Assembly (NCBI GenBank): GCA_965372715.1
Contig: CBDVDH010000020.1
Coordinates: forward strand, 1-57,485
Length of the DNA stretch: 57,485 nucleotides
Source: an uncultured bacterium
GTDB taxonomy: Bacteria; B130-G9
Direction of reading: 5' to 3'
A model generated the notes under the pieces. That model was not told the DNA's origin. It searched no databases and saw only the letters and a program-made list of their open reading frames with translations. A program made the position numbers and the translations under genes. Positions 29,606 through 39,453 of this stretch are shown here, one piece after another. The first letter of the stretch is position 1. Every line of letters starts with the position of its first letter.

Positions 29606-29634
29606 AATATAGTGCCCAGAAGACATTATGTCAA
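29606..29634 (-). promoter_or_regulatory. Sigma70 promoter upstream of the tRNA half
   Basis: TTGACA-17 bp-TATATT. Confidence 0.75.
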
Positions 29635-29748
29635 GTCGAAATTTGAGAATCCGCGGTTCCATTTATAGCTATACCGGCGGTCCACAAAACTCCTACAGAA
29701 TGGGCCATCTTGGGCTAGCGACTCCCGCTCTTAGCTGTTTCCATTGCA

Positions 29749-31104
29749 TCAGGGTCCCGTGAGGGGCGACCAAGTCGGGATTTCTAACGGAGTGGCGCAG
29801 CGCTTCCGGAAGATGAGGACGTTCTCCTTCTGCATGACGTTGTAGAGGCCGAAGATGATCTTGTTGACGTTGGCCGCAAGCTCGAACCCGATGTTCTTGG
29901 CACAATCGATCACAAGCGCGACGGTCCCGACCTCTTGCCCCAAGTATTTGGCGTCGCCGATGACGATTGCGGCGCATTTGCCGGGCCTGAGAACCCTGAA
30001 CATCTCGTCGAGGCAAGCCCGCATGTCCTCGTTATATAGGCCGATCCGCGCGTCGCCCTTGCCCCTGAGGCCGACGAATCGGTCCCTTATCTCCGACACA
30101 TCATGGCCGAGCTCCGTGAGCGCGTGGGCGTCGTTCTCAACGTAATCGAGCGCAATCGAATACGGCGGGGACGTTATTATGCCGTCCATAGAGCTATCGG
30201 CCAGCTCCAGCGCCCGTGCGTCTCCTTCCACGATGTTGACCTCGCCCAGCTCGAGGCGTAGGGCCTCGGTGATGGTGTGCTGATCTTCCACAGAGGCAAG
30301 CATCATATCGAGATTCTTCAAAAACGAATTAGAAAAATCTCTTCTTCGCCTAGCCTGGTCGCTGATTGCCACCAGCATAGCCATCTTGTAGAAGTTGCGC
30401 GCCGGGCCAGCCGGGAGCGAATCAATGGGTGCCCTCACCGCGTCGGCGCCCCGGTCAAATAGACTACGCTGTATCGCTTCTATGATGTCTTGGCTGACCT
30501 CTCGAATCTGCTCAATGGCCAAAACGGATTCGGTTTTGACCTTGCTCTGAAGGACGCACAGCGAAGATGTGTCCACGCCCACGCAATTGACGCCTAGAAG
30601 CTGCGCCTCGACCGCAGTAGTGCCGCTCCCCATGAACGGGTCCAGAACAGTCTCGCCCCGCTTGAGGCCGATGATGTTCAGGAGAGCACGTATCATCTGC
30701 GGATGAAACTTGCCCTTATAGGGATATATCCAGTGGGTGAGATACTGATTGACAGACCTAGTTCTGTTCTTCTTTATGATGTGGAAGTAATCTGTTTCTG
30801 AACCGTTGACGGATTTGAAATAGGCCAGCCTTCGACGCAGCAGCTGCTCGTCCCCGGCCTCGTGCAGCTTGAAATCCCGGAACCCATCGACGATCTCGAA
30901 CCGCACGCCAAAGGACAGAAGCTCAAGCCGCGCAAGCGCCAGCTCATAGATGAACTGCACATTATCGAGCAGCACCAGCCCCTCGCCGGCAGGCGCACTC
31001 TCGCCAAAGGCGGATTTGCTGGGTGAAAACGGCTCGCCAACGTGAACGCCGCCGGAGAATCCTTCACCAGATGGCGGATTGGTCCGAGCGCCTTTGAGTG
31101 TCAT
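29749..31104 (-). CDS. Site-specific DNA amino-methyltransferase (probably m4C)
   Basis: YPYKGKFHPQ, LDPFMGSGTT (motif I) followed by ITSPPY (motif IV). Confidence 0.9.
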   Translation of the reverse strand: MTLKGARTNPPSGEGFSGGVHVGEPFSPSKSAFGESAPAGEGLVLLDNVQFIYELALARLELLSFGVRFEIVDGFRDFKLHEAGDEQLLRRRLAYFKSVNGSETDYFHIIKKNRTRSVNQYLTHWIYPYKGKFHPQMIRALLNIIGLKRGETVLDPFMGSGTTAVEAQLLGVNCVGVDTSSLCVLQSKVKTESVLAIEQIREVSQDIIEAIQRSLFDRGADAVRAPIDSLPAGPARNFYKMAMLVAISDQARRRRDFSNSFLKNLDMMLASVEDQHTITEALRLELGEVNIVEGDARALELADSSMDGIITSPPYSIALDYVENDAHALTELGHDVSEIRDRFVGLRGKGDARIGLYNEDMRACLDEMFRVLRPGKCAAIVIGDAKYLGQEVGTVALVIDCAKNIGFELAANVNKIIFGLYNVMQKENVLIFRKRCATPLEIPTWSPLTGP

Positions 31105-31214
31105 TGCCTCTCCTGATAAACTGATATACTAACGGCTGTCAATCATATCCGTATCGCAACAGCTTTCAAACGTGGGACGGAATTATGCACTTAGCGCACC
31201 CATAAGATACACCG

Positions 31215-31364
31215 CTATTGCGGGGATCGCGTTACGCTTTTCGTCTGTTTCTGTTTTGGCTTGACCTTCAGAATCGCCCGCAACACTTCATCTAGATTGA
31301 GAGGATAGAGGGAGAGGGGCTTGGGGTCTTTGGCTGGCTTCTTCTCGGATCTGGTTCCCGACAT
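31215..31364 (-). CDS. Small basic hypothetical protein (49 aa), not in the ORF track
   Basis: MSGTRSEKKPAKDPKPLSLYPLNLDEVLRAILKVKPKQKQTKSVTRSPQ; starts 8 nt after the RM stop. Confidence 0.55.
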   Translation of the reverse strand: MSGTRSEKKPAKDPKPLSLYPLNLDEVLRAILKVKPKQKQTKSVTRSPQ

Positions 31365-31372
31365 TTTAGAAG

Positions 31373-34027
31373 CTATAGCAGCTCTGACACAGATTTACAG
31401 AGCGCATCCGCCTCTTCTCGCAAGCTAGTTGCCCGTTTCAATTGATCAAGCGCTTGGTCTGCTACTCGGCGCTGTTCTTTTTCATCAGGGGGCAACAGGA
31501 CCTCAATCTCTCGGATCGCGCCATAATCGAGAGCGGGCCTGGATGATCCAGTCACTGCTCGTTCAAATTGCGGTCTACATAACTTGGAGTTTAGAAAGAC
31601 GCATAGATACTCTGGAAGAACTGCATCTCCGACATCGATCCTCACGCAATGCTGGTTTATATTTGCCTCTCCGAAATCGGGCGGGACGACCGCTGCTATA
31701 CCGTACGTACCGGTAATGGTGAGCACCACATTCCCGGCTTTCAATTGCGATCTTTTTAGCCGAGTTGTATGCGTTCGCGAGTCAATGCAGGGATCTCTGT
31801 CGGAGTTCCAGACCAATGAATTGGGCTGAACATTCTGCACTCGTATAAACTTCGGGCCTTCGTCAGGGTACGCGGCACCGCGTGGAGTCTCTCCGCCGGT
31901 AAGGTCGGTTTTGTCACGAAATAAACTACGAAGTGGGACAATTCCCCATTTCCTAGATTCGGCTACTTCACGTAAACGTTGCATCGTTTTGAAGTATCGC
32001 GGATCAAACCAGTGGGCATCAAGCCGGATGGTCGGATTATCAGAAGTTACATCTGAAACGGTGAAGTCCTTAGTGCCACTTAGTTGCACAGATAATCTAC
32101 CATGCTCTTCAAAGAAGTTGAACTCGCCCAAAAGACGAGGAAGCTCATTCAAATGTGGACGTTCTTTTCCGGAATCGCTGTGCCCGACATTGTGGCAAAT
32201 CGCCATGAATATGTCTGGCTGTGGCTCAGTCAGATCGGACTTCTTGCGAAGATAAAGAACGGATGTTTTCACCGATCCCTGGGCTTTGACAAATGTATTC
32301 CTTGGAAGCGAAATAACTGCCTTAAGAATGAAGTGTTGTAGGATGTACTCTCTAAATGGTTGACGTGTAAGAGTATTCAGCACGCTCTCATCCATTACAG
32401 TAATAAGCCGGCCGCGAGAATCTAACAGGTCCCAATAACGCTCTAAGAACATCACGGAAGATCGAAGAGACGTTCTGGTTTTGCCTTTCCCATCTATTGC
32501 TAGTTTATAATCGCTAAGCACTGCGCGCTCATTCGGTTTCTTCTTTCCATACGTCATTGAAAACGGAGGGTTCGTAAGAACAGCAGACATACGCGTATGA
32601 CCTGTTACAAGGGCAGCACGGAGTTCCTCGATGTCCAGCCTGGTTTGGACCGGAAGCCCCGCCTCCACACGGAGTTGCTTATCCAGGGCGTCTGCATAAT
32701 AGATCCGGCTGCCACCATCTTTATGCAGAAGCATGTTCAATCTCGCGATCCGTGCCATCATGGGGTCTTTCCCCGCATCAATACCCCACAGTCTCTCTGT
32801 GCGTAGCTCTTTATGAAAGGCGTCCTTCTCCATTCGTGTAAGAGCACGGTTAGCTTTGATCCCTGCACTCATCTCTGCCATCGCTTCGATCAGGAAGCCA
32901 CCTGTTCCACAGCATCCATCCAATACGGTGTCCTTTTTGCGCAGGGAAAAGGTCAGTTTTGCCAACTTAACCATGAATTTCACGACAGACCGCGGAGTAA
33001 AAAACTGTCCGAGGTCCTTTCCACGCATCGTGGCGGTGAGAAAAGTTTCAAATAGCCGTCCATTCAGGTCCTCATCAACAGCATATAGATCGAAGTGTTC
33101 AAGAAATGCGACGGCCTCTTTGATTGTCGAGGGAGCTAGATTTATTCCTTCCCCCGGCTCAAAAATGCGCTTCTTCTGGCCTTTGGCAACTTGGGTCTCC
33201 AGATTCTCTGCTAATTGCGCAAACAGGATTGTGTTGATGGGATTGTCAGTGTTTTGCTCCATTTGCTCCATCCAAGCCACGGAGAATCGCACTACATCTG
33301 AGGGTATGCTCCCCGAGGCAATATCTATCTTGTGTTGCACAAGCAACTCGCGTAGACGCCTATCCTCATCAATTTTCACGAACATCAGCTTGGCGAACTC
33401 AAAGAATGCTGAAGCAGGACCGCGCTTTTCTGCCTTCCAAATGGTCCTATGGCACGCCTCGAAAATCGCTGGGAGTTCAACCGGAGAAACCGCCCTGTAT
33501 TCGAAATCGTTAATTGGTTTCTTCGCAATGGTCTTAGCCGCCAGTCTTTCGCGGCCCAAATGTTGACGCAATGCCTCAAAAGCTGGGTTTCCGTCAATAA
33601 AATCCAGGAAGGATAATTCATGAATCGGTATATCGCTATCATAATGCTTAACCATGAGACAATGGCCGTTGACCCCAACGCAGTATTGATCAGGCTTTGG
33701 TGCTAGCATATGACGCCGAATAATCGAAGCGTACAACTGGGCATCATCAACGCCATCCTCTACAGATTCATTCGGATGCTTTGCATCAATGACGAGTACA
33801 GGCTTGTCTTTGTCGCGGGTGAGATAGGCAAGATAGTCTGGGACATAGGATTTCCGTCTCTTCCCTTTGCCTATAACCGTCTTCTTGATGGTTGCTTTCG
33901 TCTGCACGTAGTCAGAGCCATATCCCAAATCGGATAGAAGATGCACCACAAGGAACTGCTCGACATCGCTTTCGTTCTGCAGCGAAGATAGGGCACAATA
34001 CTTGTTATGCATTCGGCTGTCTATCAT
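31373..34027 (-). CDS. Fused restriction-modification protein (type IIG-like: nuclease + N6-MTase + TRD)
   Basis: PDY...VIDAK nuclease motif, GQFFTPR, DGCCGTGGF, TNPPF, C-terminal HsdS-like TRD. Confidence 0.9.
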   Translation of the reverse strand: MIDSRMHNKYCALSSLQNESDVEQFLVVHLLSDLGYGSDYVQTKATIKKTVIGKGKRRKSYVPDYLAYLTRDKDKPVLVIDAKHPNESVEDGVDDAQLYASIIRRHMLAPKPDQYCVGVNGHCLMVKHYDSDIPIHELSFLDFIDGNPAFEALRQHLGRERLAAKTIAKKPINDFEYRAVSPVELPAIFEACHRTIWKAEKRGPASAFFEFAKLMFVKIDEDRRLRELLVQHKIDIASGSIPSDVVRFSVAWMEQMEQNTDNPINTILFAQLAENLETQVAKGQKKRIFEPGEGINLAPSTIKEAVAFLEHFDLYAVDEDLNGRLFETFLTATMRGKDLGQFFTPRSVVKFMVKLAKLTFSLRKKDTVLDGCCGTGGFLIEAMAEMSAGIKANRALTRMEKDAFHKELRTERLWGIDAGKDPMMARIARLNMLLHKDGGSRIYYADALDKQLRVEAGLPVQTRLDIEELRAALVTGHTRMSAVLTNPPFSMTYGKKKPNERAVLSDYKLAIDGKGKTRTSLRSSVMFLERYWDLLDSRGRLITVMDESVLNTLTRQPFREYILQHFILKAVISLPRNTFVKAQGSVKTSVLYLRKKSDLTEPQPDIFMAICHNVGHSDSGKERPHLNELPRLLGEFNFFEEHGRLSVQLSGTKDFTVSDVTSDNPTIRLDAHWFDPRYFKTMQRLREVAESRKWGIVPLRSLFRDKTDLTGGETPRGAAYPDEGPKFIRVQNVQPNSLVWNSDRDPCIDSRTHTTRLKRSQLKAGNVVLTITGTYGIAAVVPPDFGEANINQHCVRIDVGDAVLPEYLCVFLNSKLCRPQFERAVTGSSRPALDYGAIREIEVLLPPDEKEQRRVADQALDQLKRATSLREEADALCKSVSELL

Positions 34028-34350
34028 GAAGCCCTACAATAGAAGACTTAGATCCCAGATCCCTATACATCATCCGCTTACTAGCAACAGACTGTATCAC
34101 CGCCTCCGTCCTTCGATCATCGTCAATCTTGCGATGATTCGAACGGAAGCTGAACTCGTGACAGTATCGAGCCAAGTGGCTCTTCGACACGTGGTGGAAT
34201 ATGCCGTGAACGCCTCGCTTCGTCAAGGCGAAGTATGACTCGGCATTGTTCACGTGAATACCACCCAAAGAGAACTGTCCGAGAGCGTGGTTGATCTGAA
34301 AGTGACCACCGTCGAACTTACAGCCTATGCCTTGATAGCCAGACCATATG
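34005..34350 (-). pseudogene. IS1595-family (ISXO2-like DDE) transposase C-terminal fragment
   Basis: WSGYQGIG...H..INH...IHVNNAESYFALTKRGVHGIFHHVSKSHLARYCHEFSFRSN; N-terminal part absent. Confidence 0.9.
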
Positions 34351-34447
34351 ACTTGCTGAGGTGCGCTCGGTTCTCAATAGGCTCCCTTGTGGTTGGGCAA
34401 GTGTTCCTATGCGCTATCTGCTCGCTTCGGTCGGATTGAGTCTAATC

Positions 34448-37000
34448 TCATCGTCTCTCAATGTCTGACAGGACGGCCCTAACCTTATTTGCTCGAGAAC
34501 CGCTGGGTTCAAGCTGAAGGAACCTTGCCCACGTCTTCTTACACATCCTGAAGTTGCGCTGATTCAGGTAGATCGAGCCGAGATCGAAATAGGCACTAGC
34601 GTAGTTCGGATCAATGCGGATGACGGCCTGATAGTGCGGGACCGCGAGCTCGTATTTGGCCATCTGGGCGTAGGTGGAACCCAGGTTGACACGAGCCGCA
34701 ATGAACTCGGAGTCAATTGCTGCGGCCCTCTCAAAGTGCTCAATGGCGAGAGGAACCTGACCGCTGCGCTTGTAGGCAGTGCCAAGATTGTTGTGAACCT
34801 CCTTTGAATTGGGTTCAATCTCTAGGGCGGCCAGATACTCCGCGATTGCTTGATCGTATTGCTCCATGTTCGCATACGTAACGCCCAGATTCAGCCTGGG
34901 CGCGACGTATGCAGGGTCGAGGCGCATCGACTCTCTGAAGTGCTTGACCGCTTGATCGAGGCTGCCCTTCCGACGATACGCCTGGCCCAGGTTATTGTAA
35001 ATCTCGGCCGGATTGGCTGCGCCTTTCAGAGCCTGCTCGTAAGACGAAATCGCCTCGTCAATTCGTCCGGCGCCGCTGAGCGCGTTCCCTAGGTTGTAGG
35101 CATAGACGCTCTCGTCAGGCTTGATCTCATGCGCCAACCGAAGGGCCTCGACCGCCTCGACGTTTCTGCCCAGCCTCCTGTAAAGGACGCCTAGCTGATT
35201 GCTGTAATCCGCCTGATAAGGGTTGAGCTCCCGCGCCGCCTTGAACTCCTGTATCGCGTCATCGATCATCCCTGCCTCAGCGTATTCATCCCCGACTTTC
35301 GCCCGCATGAAATCGACCTGGCGGCCGGCGCGCGCCGCCAAGGCTAGTTCTCTCTTCCAACCGCTTCTATCTCCGCGCGTCAGGTGGTGTCTTGCCAGAT
35401 GGAAGTGGTAACCAGAGGCGATTTCCTGCGCGAGAATCCGTTTGAATATCCCCCGATCGTCAATGCCCTGAAGTTCATAAAGGCCCCAGACAGGACCTAC
35501 CGGTCTTGCAGTGTCGCCGAGGCCGAACAGAACGCCGACTGGTTCCGCATCCTTCGCCCATGAGCCGAGCTGCTCATCGGGCGTAAAGCCGAAAAAGCAG
35601 GCGTCGTGGGATCCGCAGACTTGCTCGATCTTCGGCTGCTGATCGCCACGCCTGAAACCCGCGAATGACCTCAGCGCTATCCCGATATCCCCATAAGCAT
35701 CGTAAAGCGAAACATCAGGGCGGCATCGCTCCACTGACTGAAGAAAGAGGAGGGAAAATATCTGGTTGTCGCCCTTGGCGAAGAGCGCTGCTCCGCGGGG
35801 AAGTGGCGTGAGCAGGTTTCGGGCATAGTTATATGCAAGGTAATCCTCAGAACGATCGTTTGGGTAGTAGTTGGCGAGTATCCCGACCACCGCGACACAC
35901 ACTGTGGTGGCCAACGCGACGCGAGGGGCCTTTCGGACGATGCGCGTGAGACCGTGCGCGAAGAGTAAGACAAGCACCAAATACGACGGATACCCGAAGC
36001 CGGTCGCCTGAAGCGGCACAGTGTTGATAAACTGAATGTAAAGGACGTTCAAGACGACTGCCAATACCGCCGCGATGACCAATCGCCGACGCCGCCTCAG
36101 CGACCACAGCCCCCAAAACGCGATGACAAGAAAAACTGGTGTGGCGGGCCCGTATTGCCCAGCGAAGAGCTTGACGATAGACGCGAATCGCTGCCCAGGG
36201 CTTTCATATCCAGTCGTCAGTATCGCCTTGCCTCGATGTTCAGCAGCGCCAACGTGGTAGATGACGCCTTCGAGCGTGTCTGGGTCGCTCCAGTTGATAG
36301 CGGGGTCGGCAGCGGCGCGGATCGGCAGATACACATAGCAAGAAAGGCCGCCAACAAGAAACATCAAACACACGAGAATCGCTCTGGGGCTCTTGATGCG
36401 CCTGTGCCCCCACAACACGCACATGATCGCCGGAATCATCGTGACCAGCGAGATGTGGTTGCCGAGCGAGAGACCGAATATGAAAGAGGCGCAGTAGAGC
36501 CATCGGAGGTCGTGGCTTGTGAGAAACCGGGCCAGGGCGTAGGCCAAGACTGAGAGCGAGAGAAGGTAAAGCGTATAGACCTCGGCGTCCGACGCCTGCC
36601 ACCAGACCGTGGCCGAGATGGACAGCAGCAGGGCGGCCATCGCGGCCGGGAATACTCGTGCCGAGAGTGTGTGAACCGTCAGGAAAACGAATATCGACGC
36701 TAAAACGGCGCAGACCGCGGACAGGAGGTTGACCCGAAACGCCGGGTTGCCCAGACCCAGGAATCCAAATGTTCGTCCGAACAAGGAATAGACCGGGTAG
36801 CCCGGATTGTGGGCGATGCCCAGCGACCACGCCGAAGTAATGAGCTCGCCGCTGTCCCCCGTGTGAACCGACGGCGATAGCGTCGAGAGAAGAATCAGAA
36901 ACGTCAGGCAGGAGACCGCAAGCAGGGCAAATGGCGCCAAACGGTTCTTTTCCAGCACCACATTCGTACCAAGTGCGTGCCTACCAGGGGCTTTATTCAA
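34448..37000 (-). CDS. DUF2723 (TMEM260-like) membrane glycosyltransferase with TPR repeats
   Basis: GDSGELITSAWSLGIAHNPGYP, GDN motif, many TMs, tandem NNLG TPRs. Confidence 0.9.
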   Translation of the reverse strand: MNKAPGRHALGTNVVLEKNRLAPFALLAVSCLTFLILLSTLSPSVHTGDSGELITSAWSLGIAHNPGYPVYSLFGRTFGFLGLGNPAFRVNLLSAVCAVLASIFVFLTVHTLSARVFPAAMAALLLSISATVWWQASDAEVYTLYLLSLSVLAYALARFLTSHDLRWLYCASFIFGLSLGNHISLVTMIPAIMCVLWGHRRIKSPRAILVCLMFLVGGLSCYVYLPIRAAADPAINWSDPDTLEGVIYHVGAAEHRGKAILTTGYESPGQRFASIVKLFAGQYGPATPVFLVIAFWGLWSLRRRRRLVIAAVLAVVLNVLYIQFINTVPLQATGFGYPSYLVLVLLFAHGLTRIVRKAPRVALATTVCVAVVGILANYYPNDRSEDYLAYNYARNLLTPLPRGAALFAKGDNQIFSLLFLQSVERCRPDVSLYDAYGDIGIALRSFAGFRRGDQQPKIEQVCGSHDACFFGFTPDEQLGSWAKDAEPVGVLFGLGDTARPVGPVWGLYELQGIDDRGIFKRILAQEIASGYHFHLARHHLTRGDRSGWKRELALAARAGRQVDFMRAKVGDEYAEAGMIDDAIQEFKAARELNPYQADYSNQLGVLYRRLGRNVEAVEALRLAHEIKPDESVYAYNLGNALSGAGRIDEAISSYEQALKGAANPAEIYNNLGQAYRRKGSLDQAVKHFRESMRLDPAYVAPRLNLGVTYANMEQYDQAIAEYLAALEIEPNSKEVHNNLGTAYKRSGQVPLAIEHFERAAAIDSEFIAARVNLGSTYAQMAKYELAVPHYQAVIRIDPNYASAYFDLGSIYLNQRNFRMCKKTWARFLQLEPSGSRANKVRAVLSDIERR

Positions 37001-37427
37001 CCCTATACATCACCGCCGCAGCACTCGCGATCAGGGCGCCGTCATCCCTCCGCGCCTCGGCCTTCACCTCGATCAGCCGGCCGCGCTGCCGTAGGAGTTT
37101 CGCCCGGAACTCTAGCTGTTCCCCCACCAGCGCCGGCTTGATGTATCGAACGTCAAGTCTCCCAGTCACCGCGCGGATGCCCAAGTGATGAACGAGCTTT
37201 GCCGCGACCTCGTCCAAGACGACAGCTGTTATCCCGCCGTGAACGATGCCCGCCCAACCCTCGTGATTATTGCCCGGCGTGAAATGCGTCCACGCCGCCT
37301 CGCCGTCGTCCGAATACTCAAACGACAGATGAAGCCCCTGCGGGTTCTTCTCACCGCAGGCAAAACAGTTGTTATCGTCCGTAACCTTGACCAATTGACG
37401 CCTTCGAGGCTGGGTCTGCGTCAACAA
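36993..37427 (-). CDS. PaaI-family thioesterase
   Basis: CFACGEKNPQGL, HEGWAGIVHGG...LDE. Confidence 0.92.
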   Translation of the reverse strand: MLTQTQPRRRQLVKVTDDNNCFACGEKNPQGLHLSFEYSDDGEAAWTHFTPGNNHEGWAGIVHGGITAVVLDEVAAKLVHHLGIRAVTGRLDVRYIKPALVGEQLEFRAKLLRQRGRLIEVKAEARRDDGALIASAAAVMYRVE

Positions 37428-37978
37428 GCTGGCTTATGCTGATTCAACCAGTTAGTAAGCTTCTTTGCCAACGGCGGGATCAGCCCAAATTGCAGGATCA
37501 TTCCTGGAATACCGGCTAAGAGAACAAAACCCATATAGGCGAGCAGCGGCTTTGGCAACAACAAAGCAGCCCCAACGAACAGCACGACGCGGCCGGTTAT
37601 CATGGCCGCGATCAGGGAGGCCCAAAGATTCCTAGCCCGCCCTTGCACAAGACCTGCGATCAGGCCGTACGTGGCGATCTCGATGACGAGAATCGGTAAC
37701 GAGGCGCCCGAGGGCAATCCCGAAAGCAGACAGCTCACGATTGGACTTGCGGCGCCCACCACGAGGCCGGCACGCCATCCCAGCACCACCCCGGCCGTGA
37801 GCGCAAAGAAATGCATCGGCAGCAGAGCGCGGCCAAGCTGGACGCCGAAATAGTGCGTCGCAAACGGAATCGCTACGCTGGCAACGGTGAACGCGGAGAT
37901 GAAAAGAGCCAATCTCAAAGGCTCAACATGAGCCTGTGTTATATCATTACCTGAGTAGATTCTCGCAAGTGCCGACAT
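37421..37978 (-). CDS. ECF transporter S component
   Basis: LLPMH, P..SCLLSGLP, EIATYG, AMITGR, GIPGMILQ; about 6 TMs. Confidence 0.85.
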   Translation of the reverse strand: MSALARIYSGNDITQAHVEPLRLALFISAFTVASVAIPFATHYFGVQLGRALLPMHFFALTAGVVLGWRAGLVVGAASPIVSCLLSGLPSGASLPILVIEIATYGLIAGLVQGRARNLWASLIAAMITGRVVLFVGAALLLPKPLLAYMGFVLLAGIPGMILQFGLIPPLAKKLTNWLNQHKPAC

Positions 37979-38069
37979 TGCCGTGTATTCCTTTCACTTT
38001 GTGAATTAGAGAATCGTCTGCATTCAATCGTAGCATAAGCTGACGCCCAAGCGGATGTAAAGCCTCACG

Positions 38070-38188
38070 CCCGAAGAATCAGGTTGACCCAACGGGGACA
38101 GCGGCACTGGACGCGCAGGCAATCGCCTTGGGAGACGCCAAATGGCCTCGAACCCCGAGGCCGGTCAAGCCCAATCTGATTCTTCGGG
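38070..38188. repeat. 119-bp structured palindromic element
   Basis: 13-bp perfect inverted ends CCCGAAGAATCAG/CTGATTCTTCGGG plus inner stems. Confidence 0.7.
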
Positions 38189-38198
38189 TTGGGAATCG

Positions 38199-38226
38199 TT
38201 GACAAGCTGAATGAGGTCGTTATAAT
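38199..38226 (+). promoter_or_regulatory. Consensus sigma70 promoter
   Basis: TTGACA-16 bp-TATAAT. Confidence 0.8.
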
Positions 38227-38315
38227 TACATTGACTAGGAATTAACTCCTAGCGTGATTGGTGGGAAATGCGAAGGGGCACCTGCGACCAAAGTTCTCTG
38301 GGAGGGAATAGAAAT

Positions 38316-38636
38316 ATGAAAAAGGCGCTTCTTCCGATGGCCGCTTTGATGGTGGCCACAATGCTTCTAGCAGGTTGTGCGGGCGTTATGACTCCCGCTA
38401 TTGGCTTTTTGTATTCCGAAGTCAAGGGTCCCCATGCGGTAACTGGCAATGCAGGCTACTCAAAGGTCGGAACGTCCGAGTGTACCTCGATTCTGGGGTG
38501 GGTTGCGACTGGCGATGCCAGCATCAAGGCTGCCATGGAGAACGGTGGAATCTCGATAATCCACCACGTAGATTACAAGTGCGAGAACATTCTTGGGATC
38601 TACGCCAAGCTGACGGTTATTGTTTACGGCGAGTAG
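38316..38636 (+). CDS. TRL-like family lipoprotein
   Basis: LAG-C lipobox; GTSECTSILGWVATGDASI.AA...GI..IHHVDY...ILG. Confidence 0.88.
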   Translation: MKKALLPMAALMVATMLLAGCAGVMTPAIGFLYSEVKGPHAVTGNAGYSKVGTSECTSILGWVATGDASIKAAMENGGISIIHHVDYKCENILGIYAKLTVIVYGE

Positions 38637-38744
38637 TCAATTAGTATAGGTTGCAGGTGCTGTCGCTCCCCCTCCTGACCTTCTGAGACGTTTGGCCCCT
38701 GGCGCCGCATGCGGTAAGCACAGAAGCGTCAGGGGTTCTGACTT

Positions 38745-39209
38745 TTATCGGACGGACATCGGGCGATTCCCCGCGTTTGGCCGGACCATTTCGATCTCGA
38801 ACGTCTTTGACCTCTCCAGGCGCCGGGCGAGAGACCGAACAGTGAAAAAACTGACCAAAAGGCCCAGCCCCACGCCAATGAGTAGGCCAGTCGAAAGCGA
38901 AAGCAAACCGGTTTCCTTGGCAAGAAAGTGCCCTGCTACTGCCAGTGCAATGACGAAGCAAAGAGGCAGAAGATACAGCAGCAATGAGGCGCCGATCAGT
39001 GAGGATGATCTCATAACGAGCTGAACTTCCTGGCCTGCTTCCGCCCCTATTGTGTTCTTCACGAGTATCTCATTGGTCTCCTCATCGAACGGGTGGCAGA
39101 TGCCTCGCGCCGAGCACATCGCGCACGCCTCTGACCTTGTTGTTCTCACCCTCGCCATGGGCCCTTCAACACATACGACGCATCCTTTCTCGACGATCTC
39201 TCCGGTCAT
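38745..39209 (-). CDS. RseC/MucC (SoxR reducing system) family protein
   Basis: EKGCVV, ACAMCSARGIC, NTIGAEAGQEV, LYLLPL plus two TMs. Confidence 0.9.
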   Translation of the reverse strand: MTGEIVEKGCVVCVEGPMARVRTTRSEACAMCSARGICHPFDEETNEILVKNTIGAEAGQEVQLVMRSSSLIGASLLLYLLPLCFVIALAVAGHFLAKETGLLSLSTGLLIGVGLGLLVSFFTVRSLARRLERSKTFEIEMVRPNAGNRPMSVR

Positions 39210-39249
39210 TCTTATCCCGTATTATTCATAAACTGCGGATCCGATGAGA

Positions 39250-39359
39250 TGTGGGGCGGGCTTTCCAGCCTGCCTTTTGTAGTAATTGCTGCATCTCTCA
39301 CATGGAACACTCTTTCGCGCGAAACCCTGACTTTGGCAGGCTGGAAAGCCTGCCTACAC
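39250..39359. repeat. REP-like inverted doublet
   Basis: GTGGGGCGGGCTTTCCAGCCTGCC ... GGCAGGCTGGAAAGCCTGCCTACAC. Confidence 0.75.
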
Positions 39360-39453
39360 CCGCCGGAGTCATGACCTCGAATTATTCGCGTTATAGCATT
39401 CTCCGGTCAACACCCATCTGAAAAAGCAAAGGAGATGAAGACGCGAATGCTGC

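Larger units (their letters stand above)
31178..34350 (-). mobile_element. Decayed IS1595-family element with passenger gene
   Basis: Transposase C-terminal remnant, RM passenger, small terminal ORF and CGGAATTATGCACTTAG end; matching other end not found. Confidence 0.6.

Noticed and set aside
34360-34380. Possible second IS1595 terminal repeat (GGTGCGCT match)
   Set aside because: Only 14/19 matches and it lacks the terminal CCG; not supportable.
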